Shown here in pieces: positions 1 to 12,889 of a DNA stretch of 64,000 nucleotides. Under the pieces are notes generated by a model. That model did no database searches. It saw only the letters and a list, made by a program, of their open reading frames with translations, and was not told the origin of the DNA. The stretch covers positions 34,658 through 98,657 of the forward strand of contig JAAPAO010000060.1 in the NCBI GenBank assembly GCA_013115145.1, in the 5' to 3' direction. The stretch is from Perkinsus chesapeaki ATCC PRA-425. Its lineage: Eukaryota; Protista; Perkinsozoa. The translations under genes were made by a program, and so were the position numbers. Numbering within the stretch: position 1 is the stretch's first letter; every line of letters starts with the position of its first letter.

Positions 1-964
1 TTAAGGTTGAGATGGTTACGCCGGATAATATAAACGGACTGTTTGAGCTCTACGGCGTGCCGAGTGAGCCTACGATGGTCACCGTGGATGTAGACTACAA
101 TGACTTTTGGATCACCAAGGCTCTGCTAGACGCTAACAAGTAGGACGTGGAGCCATTCTCTCGGCACCGGCGGTGGTAATGCTGCAGGTATCGGCCCAGA
201 ATAATAGGTGTGGATTTCAATCCTGACTTCGATCTACATGAGTCGGTATCTGTTGTTCGTAATGATACTCATGAGTGGGATGGAACCAGGTGGTGGTGTT
301 GGGAGACTCATACTCCCGATGGAGAGGGATGGACGACGACACATCATGTCCACTTGCGGTCCTTTTTCGTGTACTTCTTTCTGGGGCATTAGACTCGCTG
401 TATCGGAGTGCTGTTATGTTACTGCTGCTGCTGATCTTGAGGAATCATAGGTCCAACGTAGAGATTCGGAGGTAGGGAGGAGGACGCTATAGAAGTAGTA
501 TCATCATCATCCGACACTGCCGTAACCGATATCCGTTTCGATAATCGCACAGCGCGTCCCTGTGGAATAGAAATGTGTGCGGCAGTATCTTTATTGTTTG
601 GTATGCCCAGGTACACCACCGCCTCCTTGCTAGCATTTGCAAGGCTACTGCGAGCTAATGGCTATTCCTATGCCTATTCCCTTGAGATGGTCAGCACCCG
701 TTTGCTCATGTGAAGTCTTGACCATTTCACCGTCAGGGCTCCCATGCCATATTTGTTCGTTCGGATCTATTGTCTCCATCAGACCGTAACTTGCCTCTGC
801 GACAAGTAGGCCGGCGCCGGCCCACGTGCTTTAACATGTCCAATGGCAGGTCCGTAAGAGATCTCATCCGAGGGATATGCTTGCTCGTCCATGGGTTCCT
901 ATTGATTCCTCTGGTGAGCCCTTTCTCTCGAGTTTGGGTGAGCTGTAGGGTCACCACAGACTAG
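1..964 (+). CDS. FkbM-like SAM-dependent methyltransferase-family protein (5' truncated by window edge, spliced)
   Basis: Joined exons read ..VTVDVDYNDFWITKALLDANK|YRPRIIGVDFNPDF..HEWDGTR|YTTASLLAFARLLRANGYSYAYSLEM|GSHAIFVRSDLL, resembling the SIDIDxNDYW..YRPRVVxxEYN..WDGT..GASL..GY pattern. One ~320-nt intron (~291-610). Confidence 0.6.
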
Positions 965-1013
965 TAGTCTGTGACTACTAACTAGGTTATTATAATGTAG
1001 TCTGAAACTACAT
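962..1013. repeat. two tandem related hairpins
   Basis: TAGTAGTC-tgt-GACTACTA (962-980) and ATGTAGT-ctgaa-ACTACAT (995-1013); the core GTAGTCTGnnACTAC matches at 13/15. Confidence 0.7.
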
Positions 1014-1200
1014 CTTGCCATGTGTGACATGTTCCCTACTTTAGTGCTCACTGTGGTGGTGGCTCAAGTTCGTTTCCCGCATATCGGACTTGCTGTGTTG
1101 CGTTTTCGTTGAATTGCCACCACGTGCCACCCGTATACCATCTCCTCGCCTTCCTTCCCCATTCCGTAAGATCCTTCCTTTCATGTTCTATGAAATTTAA

Positions 1201-1223
1201 CGAGTCTATGAGTCATAGACTCG
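1201..1223. repeat. perfect 10-bp inverted repeat
   Basis: CGAGTCTATG-agt-CATAGACTCG. Confidence 0.8.
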
Positions 1224-1646
1224 AGCTCGTGCACTAGTCGATCGTGGAGCTCCAAACTGCTCGGGCAGCAGCACCGGTTTGACCTTGCTTTTTGCCGCGG
1301 CCTTGTCGCTCGAGGTTGCCCGAGGTAATCCTTCTCCGTGAATCAGAGCGGTCAGGGAGGGTCATCTAACCTCACAGAGATGTGTCCCTGGCGAAGTGCT
1401 CCTGATGCGGAGGAGGTGATCTAATGGGAATCCTTTTGACAAGTATGTTCCAAGACTAGAAGGAAACATCCTCCTGCGGAGACCACTGGATCTTTCATGA
1501 TGACTCTCTGATGAGTCATCAGTGATGACACCGGTAACACTCTTTCCTGCACACTCACGTGTGAGATTCAACCAGCTATCGCCAAGTTCCACCGGGTTGT
1601 TTCCACTGTCTATTTCTTCGCTCTTTGTCATCCATCCTGATGGCAC
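1206..1646 (-). CDS. possible small spliced hypothetical protein
   Basis: ORF 1362-1646 plus a downstream frame ending ..KVKPVLLPEQFGAPRSTSARARVYDS*; no homology recognised. Confidence 0.25.
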
Positions 1647-1713
1647 TTCCGGTTCGTCCCGTCACTGCTGCTCGGTCTATCATATTCCATCTCTTGAGTT
1701 TATCTAATTTACC

Positions 1714-2721
1714 ATGACATCGCGGGGCGGCGGCTGCTGCTGCACCAGCCTTCTGCGTCAAAGTAGCCGAGTAGAGGTACCTATGAGGAAGCTCAAGAAG
1801 CAAAAGGCCAAAGGGCGCTTCCAGCCAAATGTGAAGAAAGTTGTAAGTCTCCACGGTTGGCGTGTACTGCTATGGTTGAGGTCCCCTCTCAGAGTGATGC
1901 CATGGCCCCGGGCTCCGAATTGGTCCCCTACATCCCTAGAGAGTATGTAAGAGTGACAACACGCTTCTTCAGCAACCCGGAGCAGGTAAGCTTCTTCCCG
2001 GTAGAAGGGGTCTTTATCACAATTTGGCCACAACAGCAGCAGCAGCAGAACCTGTATTCGATGGCTCAATGGGCATGATGCTCTGACTCTATTATTATGA
2101 GGCGTCACTTCAGATTGAGGCGTTGATGAACTTTATATTTTCCCCATTGAAGCCCGAGGACACAGATGACGACAGGAGAGAGTATGAGGAAGAGTTGGGC
2201 CGATTTAAGGACATGCAGCACAAGTACACCGAAGGGTTCCGGTAGGGTGCGAAGTGTTGCTTTGATGCTATTCTGTTATTAGAAAGCATGAGGAGGAGGC
2301 GGAACGGCTTGCTCACGCCGCTATTGCGCAGCTACCTGCGGAACTCTACGATGAGGCAATTAAGAGCGAACCGGAAGCCCTTCCAAAGGAACTGAAATTG
2401 CATGTGATGTAAGGTGGTGACGAGTTTGAAGAGGCAGAAAGATGCTTCTTCGCCTGTGAGGTACCACGACCAATTCCGACAGGACCTGACCGAGCTTGAG
2501 CAAGTTAAGCTGCAGCTGTTCCACAATCTAATGTGATGATGTCATCTCCGCTTGGAACCATTCCGGTCGATAGGCTCATATAGGTACATCCGATACCCTC
2601 ATTACGAGCACAAGAGAAGGAGCCCTGAAAAGTTCTGGGTACCCGAGAACAGGATCATGTCACGACAGCAGGAGGCCGCTCTGAAGCAGAAGGAGGCGAC
2701 GCACCGTCTGTCCGGGCGATA
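1714..2721 (+). CDS. putative mitochondrial ribosomal protein mL40-like (spliced; first ATG near 1734)
   Basis: Exons: PMRKLKKQKAKGRFQPNVKKV / IEALMNFIFSPLKPEDT.. / HEEEAERLAHAAIAQLPAELYDEAIKSEPEALPKEL / YIRYPHYEHKRRSPEKFWVPEN..SGR*. The LPxELYxEAI segment resembles mL40, recalled from memory. Confidence 0.4.
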
Positions 2722-2850
2722 GTGCTGCTGTCGGCATGTTTACTAGGAAAAGTGTTTCCGAATCAAGAATTCATTTTGTTAGTCAATCTATCGTCGGTTG
2801 TAATCGTCCAGTGCAGGGTGCTTCGTACATGATGCAGCTCAGAGCGGGAA

Positions 2851-4083
2851 AATGAGTGAGAAAGTAGGGCAGCCTTCTATTCGATTACACCCAAGTGTTC
2901 GACTAGGCAATACGAATCGATGCGTCGAAGTCCCCTGAGTGCTCTCTAGGGCCAGATCTTATGAAGTAGCCATCAGCCGGACAGTCTCCATTCAACTGTC
3001 TGCCTTCTTATCCAGTTCAGTTTTCGGGTCTACCAGAGACACGAGCCTGGAGGCCCCTCCCCTGGGGGAGTACTCAATAGAAGGTACAGTTTCACTAACA
3101 ATACCGCGGACCTGCTTGCGAACAGATGAACAGTTCCGCTCAGCCAGTCGTGCGCAACTTGGTCGAGCGAGCTCGGCGCGGCAACCTCCGTCTGTTGATG
3201 TTGAAGAATATTTAAAGTTAGAGAAAATGGAGTTTGGGCAGAGTTCGCAACATTTTTCAGAACAATCCTACCTGGGAGATTTCATCACACTTTCGACTGC
3301 GAAAGCCTCTTGAGTGTTGCCATGAAGGGAGACAGATCACACAAGACTCGAGTGAAGGTAACTTCAGATGCATACGGGGGAGGATTCGAGCATCGGTAGG
3401 TGCGGTCGCGAGAGGAGGACAGGAAATTGGTGAGGAAATGGAGGGAGGAGAAAGTGAGGGAGACGAAAAGGAGAGAACAAGAACATTTGGAGAGTCAGCG
3501 AGTAAACGAAATGAAACCGCAATGGGTGTTGATTGTCGAGCAGGCTTTGGAGCTGCAGCAGAGGAGGGCCGAGACAGCTCGCAGGCGGCGAGGGAAGCTT
3601 CTGAAGGAGCGGCTTTATGAGTATGAACTTGACAAGGAGATGATCAGAGAGAGCACTGAAAGGGAGAGGGAGGCAAAGGAGTTAAGGGCAAAGCTCGCAG
3701 TTAGGGAAGATAACAAGTGAGCTCCACCTCTCCAGCAGTTTTAATTTATCTTCAGTCGTCGTGAGGAAGTGAAGCGGCAAATTGCCGAGTGGCGAGAGTC
3801 TCGGCCGGTAGAGGAGGACCCTGTAGCGAGCGTCCAGCTGGATGCAAGGCATCTTAGTAGCCCTGCCACTCCGCACTGCAGTATTGCTGCAATCGAAAGA
3901 GACAGTCGAGGTGCCAAGATCGATGGCTCCTCCCTGAAGCTCCCAGCACTGAGGAAGTTAGTTCTAGCTCGGGGTAGTCCAGCCTCGGTAGTGAGCCATA
4001 GGTCTCCGAGGGCAGCCGACTCGGGCAGTACCATGACAGAGTGGATTATAAGGCACTTAAGGCCGAATACTGTGAGGATATGA
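2851..4083 (+). CDS. hypothetical charged coiled-coil protein (spliced, boundaries approximate)
   Basis: E/R/K-rich helical ORFs 3400-3720 and 3769-4083 in the same orientation, separated by intron-like sequence. Confidence 0.45.
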
Positions 4084-4145
4084 ACCTTCTAGAACGGTTG
4101 AGTTTTCCACTTGGCAGTCTGCTGGGGGATTTGTAGGGTAGTTTT

Positions 4146-5159
4146 ATGTCCTGTATGATATGGGAAGAAACGAGTGGTGAGGAGAGTCAGATTTTCAGTA
4201 TTGCTACACCGCCGGGCTCGAGGAGGTCTACTGAGGAATGTGGACAGCTGCTGAAGGAAATACAACGGCGAAGGGCGACCGAGGAGCGAATGGCCGACGA
4301 AATAGATCGACTGGAGAGGGAAGGAAACGACTTGAGGCTGCAAGTGGCACAAGTAGGTCGATGACTTTGCGTTCCATCACTCTGGTGGCAGGCAACCGAG
4401 AAGCTTCGGCAAAAGCAGCGTGAACTCTCCTCTGCCGCAGCTGATCTGGAGGTATCTCGGCAACTCGAACGGCAGGCGAGTCTCGAGGCAGAAAGGGCTC
4501 ACCGTGAAGTTGAGTGCCTTCGACTCGAGACAGACAGATTGAACAGAGAGCTGAGCGATGGAGCACGAAACGGAGCTTTGCTGGTGGCCGAGAAGGAACG
4601 AACCATTCAGGAGCTTCGTCAAGCTCTGGAGAGGGCAACTCAGTGGGCAATGGAGAATGATGAAGCTCATGGCACTAAGTGGGAAAGGCTTGTGTCGAAG
4701 AGAGAAGGAAACTCCGGTCCACTTGTCGAACTGCGTGGGACCACTGGAGACATGGAGGAAGCTGCGAAGCAGGACGAAGAAGAAACTGATTTTTTCGAGT
4801 CTTATGATACATGCGAAAGCACTGTCTGTGACCAGCAAATGAAATCCACACCAGCGAAAGCAGTAATTTCCGAACTACAGACGGAGCCGCAAAGCTCTCT
4901 GAAATCCCGAAGAAGTGGTTGCGACAGCAGCACCGTACATGACTTGAGGTTCTCTCCGGGAAGCGTCAGCGAGGCCTCCTCACGAGCGTCTATCAAGTCG
5001 AGTGACATCGATTCCCATAGCTCCAGCAATTGCAGCACGAATCCCGGCTTGCCTATTGGTCGGCCGAAGTTTACATTGGGGCCAGTTACGAAAGAGCACA
5101 AAAGACGGCAAAGTAAGAGGATTGATGCGAATGCAGCTAATGCATGCCCTACTCAATAG
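4146..5159 (+). CDS. hypothetical coiled-coil protein with Ser-rich C-terminus
   Basis: ORF 4146-4364 ends at donor GTAGGT and joins the 4539-5159 frame; heptad-like E/R/L/Q content. Confidence 0.55.
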
Positions 5160-5459
5160 TCACTATTGTTGTTGGAACCATTTAATATTGTGTTATAGAC
5201 AGTCCACACTGATGCTGATTGGTACAAACGGAACTCCGAGGAGCTTTGTAATGTCATAATGCATTACTAAGTCCCCGATTGCGGAGCATCCAGGGTTATT
5301 ATCGTCGAGTGGAATACTCTGGTATATCTAGATTCACGGCCGTGACAGGAGGCCTCCCATAGCATCTACGGTGGCAGCCTGTCACTCGAGCCGGATTCAG
5401 ATCTTGAGTGTTTCATGCGCCATCGGATGCGGTGGTTATTGTTGTGGGTACGAATAGCT

Positions 5460-8400
5460 TCAGCCTTGCCCAGTAAAGTGAGATATACTCAGTGACAAGA
5501 GCTTTCGAATACTTTGTGTCGGATGTCCCAACTGCATAACTTCCACTCCCAGCACTTCACACAACAACAAGTAGAAACACAATGATAAATAGTCACGAAA
5601 CAAAGTACAAGCTTCAATGGCGAGTCGGAGAGAGCTGCCGGGGGCGATAGGCTGATCCTCCAATGCTAGACCAGACCTGCTGAAATACTCGAGATGCCGA
5701 TCGCATCCTCGCGTAAGGCTCCGCACCAGTTCCTGTATAGTAACCTCCATGTCCGTCATGAACTGTGTGGTTTGCTCTACATACCGCTTTTTCACTTCCT
5801 CCAGCTCACGACACCTTAACAGCAGCAGCAGCCATGACGTCGCAGCAAACACGATAGGCTTACTCGTGGAGCGCTGATGTATACTCTTTGCTCCTTTCAG
5901 TAAGTGCCTCCTTGGCACTATGACACTCCCTTTCCACTTGGATCACTCGGTCTAGTGTCCTCTACAATAAAAGAATTTTCGTGATCCTGGGCCGAATACA
6001 CTTACCGGAAGCGGCTCGTTCTCTCCTATGTCATCTACTGTACTGGAATCACGGTGTCGCGCACCTTCAGGGGACGGAGGCACCCCTAGCAAACCCAAGT
6101 CACTAAGAGACTCCCTCCTCCCAGTCGAGCCCGTGGAGCCACGTCGCTGCGTAAGATTGGCCATCGGTATCGTTCGGGAGAGTGGCGATAAATCATAAGC
6201 CATGAGAGGACCTGGGCTGTCTGGGTTCACAGCTTCCCGGGCCCTCCCCTGCAACTTGGCCGACAGCACTAGCTTCCTCTGCTGAAGCATGTGATATCGG
6301 GCTAAGGCTCGATCTCTAGCCATGGCGAGGTCGTCTCGGTGCTTCTCAGCAGGGAGTAGTTTATGCACCTGAAAATACGGAAATTATGAAGCAGCGGCAA
6401 GGGAGAAGGCACCTCGAATGAGGAGAGCCGGGACGTTAGAACTGCCATGTCCCGTCCAAGTTGGGCATTCCGCTCCCTAATAGCGTGTTTGAGCTCGCAG
6501 ACCTGCCGTAAGGGCACGCGGAGTGATGATGTCCCCGGTGCTGAGGGAGGCAAGCATAACCGAGGAGCTCCGAGTGTTTCTTACACTCCCTTGATTGCTG
6601 TTTCTCACGCCACAGAGGTTTGTTCTTCGTTATCAGAGCGTTAGTATCGATAACTAGATCTCCTGGAGGCTCTATCGAGAAGCCAATAACTCCTAATGGT
6701 ATCGGCTCATCTACCTGATTGGCCCGCATGAGAACTCCGCGTCAACCCAGAGCCTACCAAGACACCACTATTTTGATGCTCTAAACCTCGTCCCGAGTCC
6801 TGCGCTTCGGTGTCCCCGTTGGTAGCGCTCCGCCTCGTAATGGCGCTTTGAATTATACTAAAGCCATCATTGAGCCTCTCCCGTAGGGACCGAGAAGACG
6901 AGGAGAAATCATCAGCTAACGACGCCACTTCACTCGGTGGTGCTTCTGAACCTCCTCTGTGGCCGGTGATGGCTTCTATCAAGACTACCTGTTTGGCACT
7001 CCTCCAGCAGCCGTCCTGGGATATTCTTCACCGCCTCGAGCAACCGGGAGGTCTGAAACTCCCCAGCATACTCGACCAAGTCTCTATTAGTAACCTAGCA
7101 CGTAAATACACTACCATTCCCGAATACAGTAACACCACCTTGCAACCATCGAGTATCTTGAACATCGCTCGCTCCTGTGCCCGCCGCTTGCCAGATTCGC
7201 TATCTGCTCTCATAAAGTCCGTGCCATGCTTTGAATTCTGCGCAATAGTTCCCCGAAGTCCTTGCCTTGGAGTACAGCTCTACCTGCATGTATCTAGAAA
7301 TCTCCTCCATCTTCATCCTCAGCAGCTTCGGTTCCAATGCAGTCAATATCGCCATACCTGGACCATCAATATACAAGGGACTGCTGTGAGGCATCATCAC
7401 TCACCCGTCTTGAAAACGACCTTCCATCCGCACAGGAAAAATAGGTCGTAGACGTATTTGAGGAAGTCGGCGTCCACATAATAACCGAACAGCGTCATCA
7501 CCCACTGCTGGGCGAAAACATCCACGGTGAAGGAGTGACTGTTGAGATGGTGCCATAATCCCGGAAGATTCTTCCGTGCAACACACGAGAATTGTCGCCT
7601 GATATACACATCATTCCCCCCGCCAGCTCTACCAGCATTCTACATTCTTAAAGGGAGAAGAGGCACTCCTGGAGAGAAGAGATATCGATACTGAAAGTTA
7701 TCGAGGAGGCATTGCATCATCACGAAGGCATTGGCTGGATCCAAGTCCAAATGGATGAGCAATACCGCAACGATGAAGTTCATGCCTTGACAGTAACTAC
7801 CAACGAGGCCCTAGCAAGCACAGCAGCAGCAGCAGCCACTTTCAAGTACCCTATGCTGGGGTTGGCGTTGGCAACGGCCACAAGAACGTTTTGTAACTTC
7901 GCATGGATCTCCCCTTCATCTTTAACGAATAGCTCGTGGGTTGGCAGTGTCCGCCGGACGTCCCGAGCTATCTCGTGTGCTAGCTCTCTATCGTGAGGAG
8001 AGCTGCTGCCGCCGCCAGCATCGTGCACCCCCAAATAGTAGTCGTAACATTTGTGATAATCCCCTGCGAAATCCCGCAGTAGAGGGAGATCCCTAGCATG
8101 CCCGCAGTACTCCATCCAGAACCACCGACGCTCCTCTCCATCCCCAACTGCACAATGACAGACTGCCAACTTCAGCCACTTTTTCTCGCCAAGCCAATGC
8201 CATCGAGAGCACACCCGCCCACTACACTTTACCACATCTTTCATGGAAAGATATCCGCTTGGTATCGCTAGCGTAAGTGCTTGCTCGCATACAGATAAAG
8301 AAGTGTCCGACTTAGGCCGCGTTCCATCGACGTAATGACTGATGGGGGGAAGAACAGGTTTCATCGATCTAGAGCTTCTACTGCTGCTGCTGCTGCTGGG

Positions 8401-8583
8401 CGAGTGGACCGCGAGAGGCTCTGGTAGCTCAGCAACGCTGCATTGCTTTGATGAAGAGGAGGATGATGAGTAGGGATTATCCTGGGTAGTACTCGATAAA
8501 GTTGGGGAGTTCAACGAGGACTGAGATCGTTGACACACCAAGATTGGCCAACGCCAACCCACCCTAGTAGAACAGTGTTTCAC
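5460..8583 (-). CDS. TBC-domain Rab GTPase-activating protein with N-terminal F-box-like segment and C-terminal coiled coils (3' end approximate)
   Basis: TBC motifs HEIARDVRRTLP..LQNVLVAVANANPSIGY and FTVDVFAQQWVMTLFGY..YVYDLFFLCGWKVVFK; arginine finger (IxxDxxR) visible. Confidence 0.85.
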
Positions 8584-9446
8584 AATACACTTCGTTATCG
8601 ATTAAGACAGTATACGAAAAATGTTTTGTCATGCTTAGGACTCCTCATCCTACAAGTTTCATGTTTTCAGTCGCTGAAATTATAAAATTATGACATTTTC
8701 CGTTTTGGACTATCAAAATGGAAGACACTGAAAGTACGGTGAGTGAGCGACTGTCTTCATCTCTACGATCTACAAATCTGGAAAACTTCGGCTTAGCTCC
8801 AGCGAATCCCAAGCGTACTAAATGTTGGGGTGGAAAAATTTAACATTCCAACTGCGAAGCCCCAACAGAATTTCCGACACTACCGAGGATCGACCCTCCA
8901 TTACAAATGTCTGTGACCCTCGCAAGACACAACGCTACTACAGCTGATGCCTCGCCATGTATTTCCCTTATATCACCTCGTCCCTGCCCGCCTTGTCTGG
9001 AGATGTTCTATATTGTTGCCGCTGATGGATCCCTCCTCCTTCTACTGTTACTGGCCATCGCTTTCTCCTACTGTGGCCTCGAGGACGGTAGAGTCCCCCA
9101 CCAGTGCGAGGGCTATTAGGCATCCTTATTGAATATGAAAACTACCTTCGAGTAGTTACGGAAAGTAGACATCAACGTGCTCGTAAAATACAGCCCCAGC
9201 TAGCAACCGGAGTTGGCGCCAGTGTTGAATAGGTTGTTCTTTCGCCTGGAGATTCTCGCCTAAATCACCCTGCGCGTAGCTCAAATGGCTCGATACCCAA
9301 ACTCCCTCAAAATGAATAACATCAACGCAAGAGACAATGTATAGGAAACCAGAGGCATATGGACCCTGACGCGACGATTAATGAAAAAAATGTAGGCGGC
9401 GGCAACCAACGGTGTATGGATGAAGCTGCACTGGCCTCTTGCTGGC

Positions 9447-12400
9447 CTACAGCTCATCATCGGTCTCCTACAAACATGCAAATGATTCATAAGTCTGCCA
9501 TAGCCGTGGGATTACTGGTGGGTTAATATCGCCGGAGACGTTTCCCTCGGCATCAACTGTGATTGTCGGTCCCTCTTTATCTTCGGCCTCGGCTCCATCC
9601 TCCTCCTCTTCGTCATCCGTATCCTCCTCGGTTATTTGCACCTATAACATGACGATAATCAAATCCGATAACCATCTCCCTTATTACCTCCTCCACAGCT
9701 GTGTTTGGATCTACGCCTAGCGCCTCGCTCATCAGAGAATACATCTAAGTCAATGAAGTACGAGGCCAAAGAGGCCGAGCTTCTGACTGCTTACTCTCTG
9801 AACCAACGCATGAGGATCGATGATCTCGTATCCAGAATCCAGCATAGCAGCTTGGAATAGAACTATGGCAGTGTCCTCCGCGTTGGAATCAGCGTTACCG
9901 TTCTTCACCTACATTACACTTTCAATTATCGCGATTCTCTCTCTCCATCCTTACCTTGTCCAAGAGATCCTTAACAACCGGATGATCTGGATTGAGCTCC
10001 AGAGTACGGCGGCCGGTCATGTGCTGAAGATCATTCTTGTTCTGGAAACTCTGTGCTCTCATGATCTTCTCCTGTTGAGCAGTGTACCTCACAGCGCCGG
10101 ATAGCACATTCACAACAAACCAGTAGACATGATGCAGCCTACCCGAACTGGTCAGATACAACCACGCAAGGTGCGTCGACGAGCCTCTTGGAGATCGTCA
10201 CCGAGGCTATGCCATAGTTGTAATTAGCTTCCGGATCCTCCTTAGAGGCCTTAGTGAGAATATCCTTGTACCACTTGGTGAGAGGCTTGTACCTTAAGCA
10301 CGTTCGACTCGGCAAGTGCTGAATAAAAGTTAACGCTTACATCTTCTTAACCTTCGCAAATCTCTCCTTGTCATCCTCGGTCTCGTCCATCTTAAGATCA
10401 GCCTTCTGAATGGTGACCAGTTTCTTACCATCATATTCGCCCAGTTTTTGCATGCCTGCAATAATATAGTAAGGTGAACCACTAGAGAATGCTGTGGCTT
10501 ACAGGGCTCATCAAGCTGGTTATCGAGAAGAAGAACTTCTATGTCCTTCTTATAGAAAATCTGCAGCGCGGGGTTCTTCTTCATAACCTATGATCCACAG
10601 CATAACCCTACACCAACTCCAAGCCATCTCCACGTACATCAATGGTCTCACCGCTCATGTAGTAAATGGAGTCCTGCTTCTCCGGCATGTTCTCAATGTA
10701 CCTGTGGTAACGTTGAAAGCCATGGTAGTCAGAAAACAACAACATGCTTACTTGTCAAGGGTGATGACCTCGTCCCCGCTCTTCGTGGTTTTGAATCGAA
10801 GCAGCTTAGCGATCTTTGAGCGATTGGCATCGTCCTCATAACACCCGAGCTTGAGGTTTTCACCGAAGTTCTCGTAGAAGATTTCTGAGTCAATAATCCA
10901 TCAGCAGCTTCCAAGTCGAGACTTTCGATATCCTCTCACCCCAATCAGTCTTCCCTTCATTTGCGTCAGGTGCTTTCTCTTCCTCCTCGACACCTTCCGC
11001 GGCGAGCTTGGCCTTTTCGGCCTTCTGCTTCTCATCATCCTGAAAAAGCGAAATCCAAACAACTACGCGTATCCGTTGGCTCCACCTGCGATAACTTCTT
11101 GATCAATTCGAGAACCTTCCTGACCAACTTCTTCGAGATGACCTTGAGAATCTTGTTTTGCTGGAGCTGCTCTCGGGAGACCTGGAAAATTAATGTGGTC
11201 ACTGCCGTCACCTCGTGCACCACTCACGTTGAGAGGCAGATCATCTGAGTCGACAATACCAGTGACGAAGTTCAGGTACCGAGGGAGAAGCTCGTCAAAC
11301 TTGTCGGCAACCAGCACCTGTCGGAGTATGATGTATCTCTTTACGCCCGAGGCGCGTCGGAGCTCACCCTGCGAACGTAAAGCTTAATTTCGGACTTTTT
11401 CTGCCAGTAGTTCTCCATGAAGTTATAAGGAGCCCTCCTTGGGATGTAGAGAATAGCCTTGAACTCAATCTCACCCTCCGCTGTGAAATGGGTGTAGGTG
11501 AGGGGATCACTGTAGTCGTGAGCGAGGGCCTGAGGCAACAAAGATAACAACACCTAGCAACAAGATAACAAGCCTTACGTGATAAAACGACTTGTATTCC
11601 TCATCAGTAATATCCTCCTTGTTCTTAAGCCAGAGAGCCTTCTGGGAATTAACCTGAACAAGAATGATCACACGGAGTTGCGATCGTTATCGGATCTTTT
11701 ACCTGTTCGTAATCATATACGGTCTGCTTCTTTTTAGGCTTCTCCTTCTTATCCTCGCCTTCTTCCTCCTCACTCTCTTCATCATCCTTCACTTCAACCT
11801 ACATCGGCATCATCCTCACTAATAGGCCACTCCAAGCCACCTTACGTCCTTATCCTTGTCTTCGGTTTCCTCAGACTCTTCCTCCTCATCAGCATCCACC
11901 TCAACCTCCTTCTTTGTCTTCAAGGATATCGGATAAGGCACGAACTGCGAGTACTTCGTAGCGAGCTCCTTCAGACGACTCTGAGAACAAACAAATTTCG
12001 GCAAGTCCACAGACACGCTAATGCTCACCTCCTCGAGATATTCATGAGCGTCTTCCTTCAAGTGGAGTGTGATCTGAGTACCGCGGCCAAGAGTGTTCCC
12101 TCGGGGGTCTGGCCCAACGGAAAAGCTGGCATCAGCACTTGACTCCCAAATATGTTGCTCAGGGTCGTCATTGTTCTTCGAAGCCACTGTCACTTTGTCA
12201 GCGACTAGATAGGCCGAATAGAAGCCCACACCGAACTGACCAATCAAGTTGGCATCAGAACCTGCAGAGAGACAGAGCAATGATCCGTCGACTCAATGAC
12301 ATCGGGAATACCTTCGCTCATCGCTTCCAAGAAGTTGCTTGTGCCCGACTTGGCAACGGTGCCCAGGTTGTTGATAAGGTCCGACTTGGTCATACCGATT

Positions 12401-12889
12401 CCGGTATCGGTGATGGTAAGGGTGTTGGCTTGATCATTATAATCAATCTTAATATCGAGCTCAGGATTCTCCTTGAGGTATTCAGGATCCTTAAGACTGT
12501 TATATCTGTTAACATCATCAACGACACGCGAGCATCTTTTATACAGGAGGACCCTACCTAGCCTTCTCGAGGGCATCGGCAGCGTTCGAAATGAGCTCTC
12601 GTAGGAAAACTTCTTTGTGCGTGTAAAGAGAATTGATGATGATGTCCATCAATCGACTAACTTCGGCCTGACACCAAACTTGTCGAGCAAAAGGGACTTC
12701 TACGCTCACCTGAAACTCGTGTTTTTCAGCCTTCTCTTCGTATTCGGCTGTGATGTCCGGAGTGGTATCGACAACTGAAAGATGCTTGTTTTGCTTATCG
12801 ACATCATAGAGAAGGCGCTCACCAGGCTCATCCTGTGCGATGGCTGCCAAAGGCAAAAACAGAGCGGAGATCAGCCGCAGAAAACGCAT
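9447..12889 (-). CDS. HSP90B1: endoplasmin / ER-resident HSP90 (GRP94)
   Basis: Signal peptide [18 protein letters not shown]; [31 protein letters not shown]; [18 protein letters not shown]; [16 protein letters not shown]; [15 protein letters not shown]; TLELNPDHP; last exon (9447-9467) ETDDEL*. Confidence 0.97.

Noticed and set aside
8600-9440. Short ORFs between the TBC start and the GRP94 end
   Set aside because: No consistent spliced frame or recognisable motif; likely UTR or promoter sequence.
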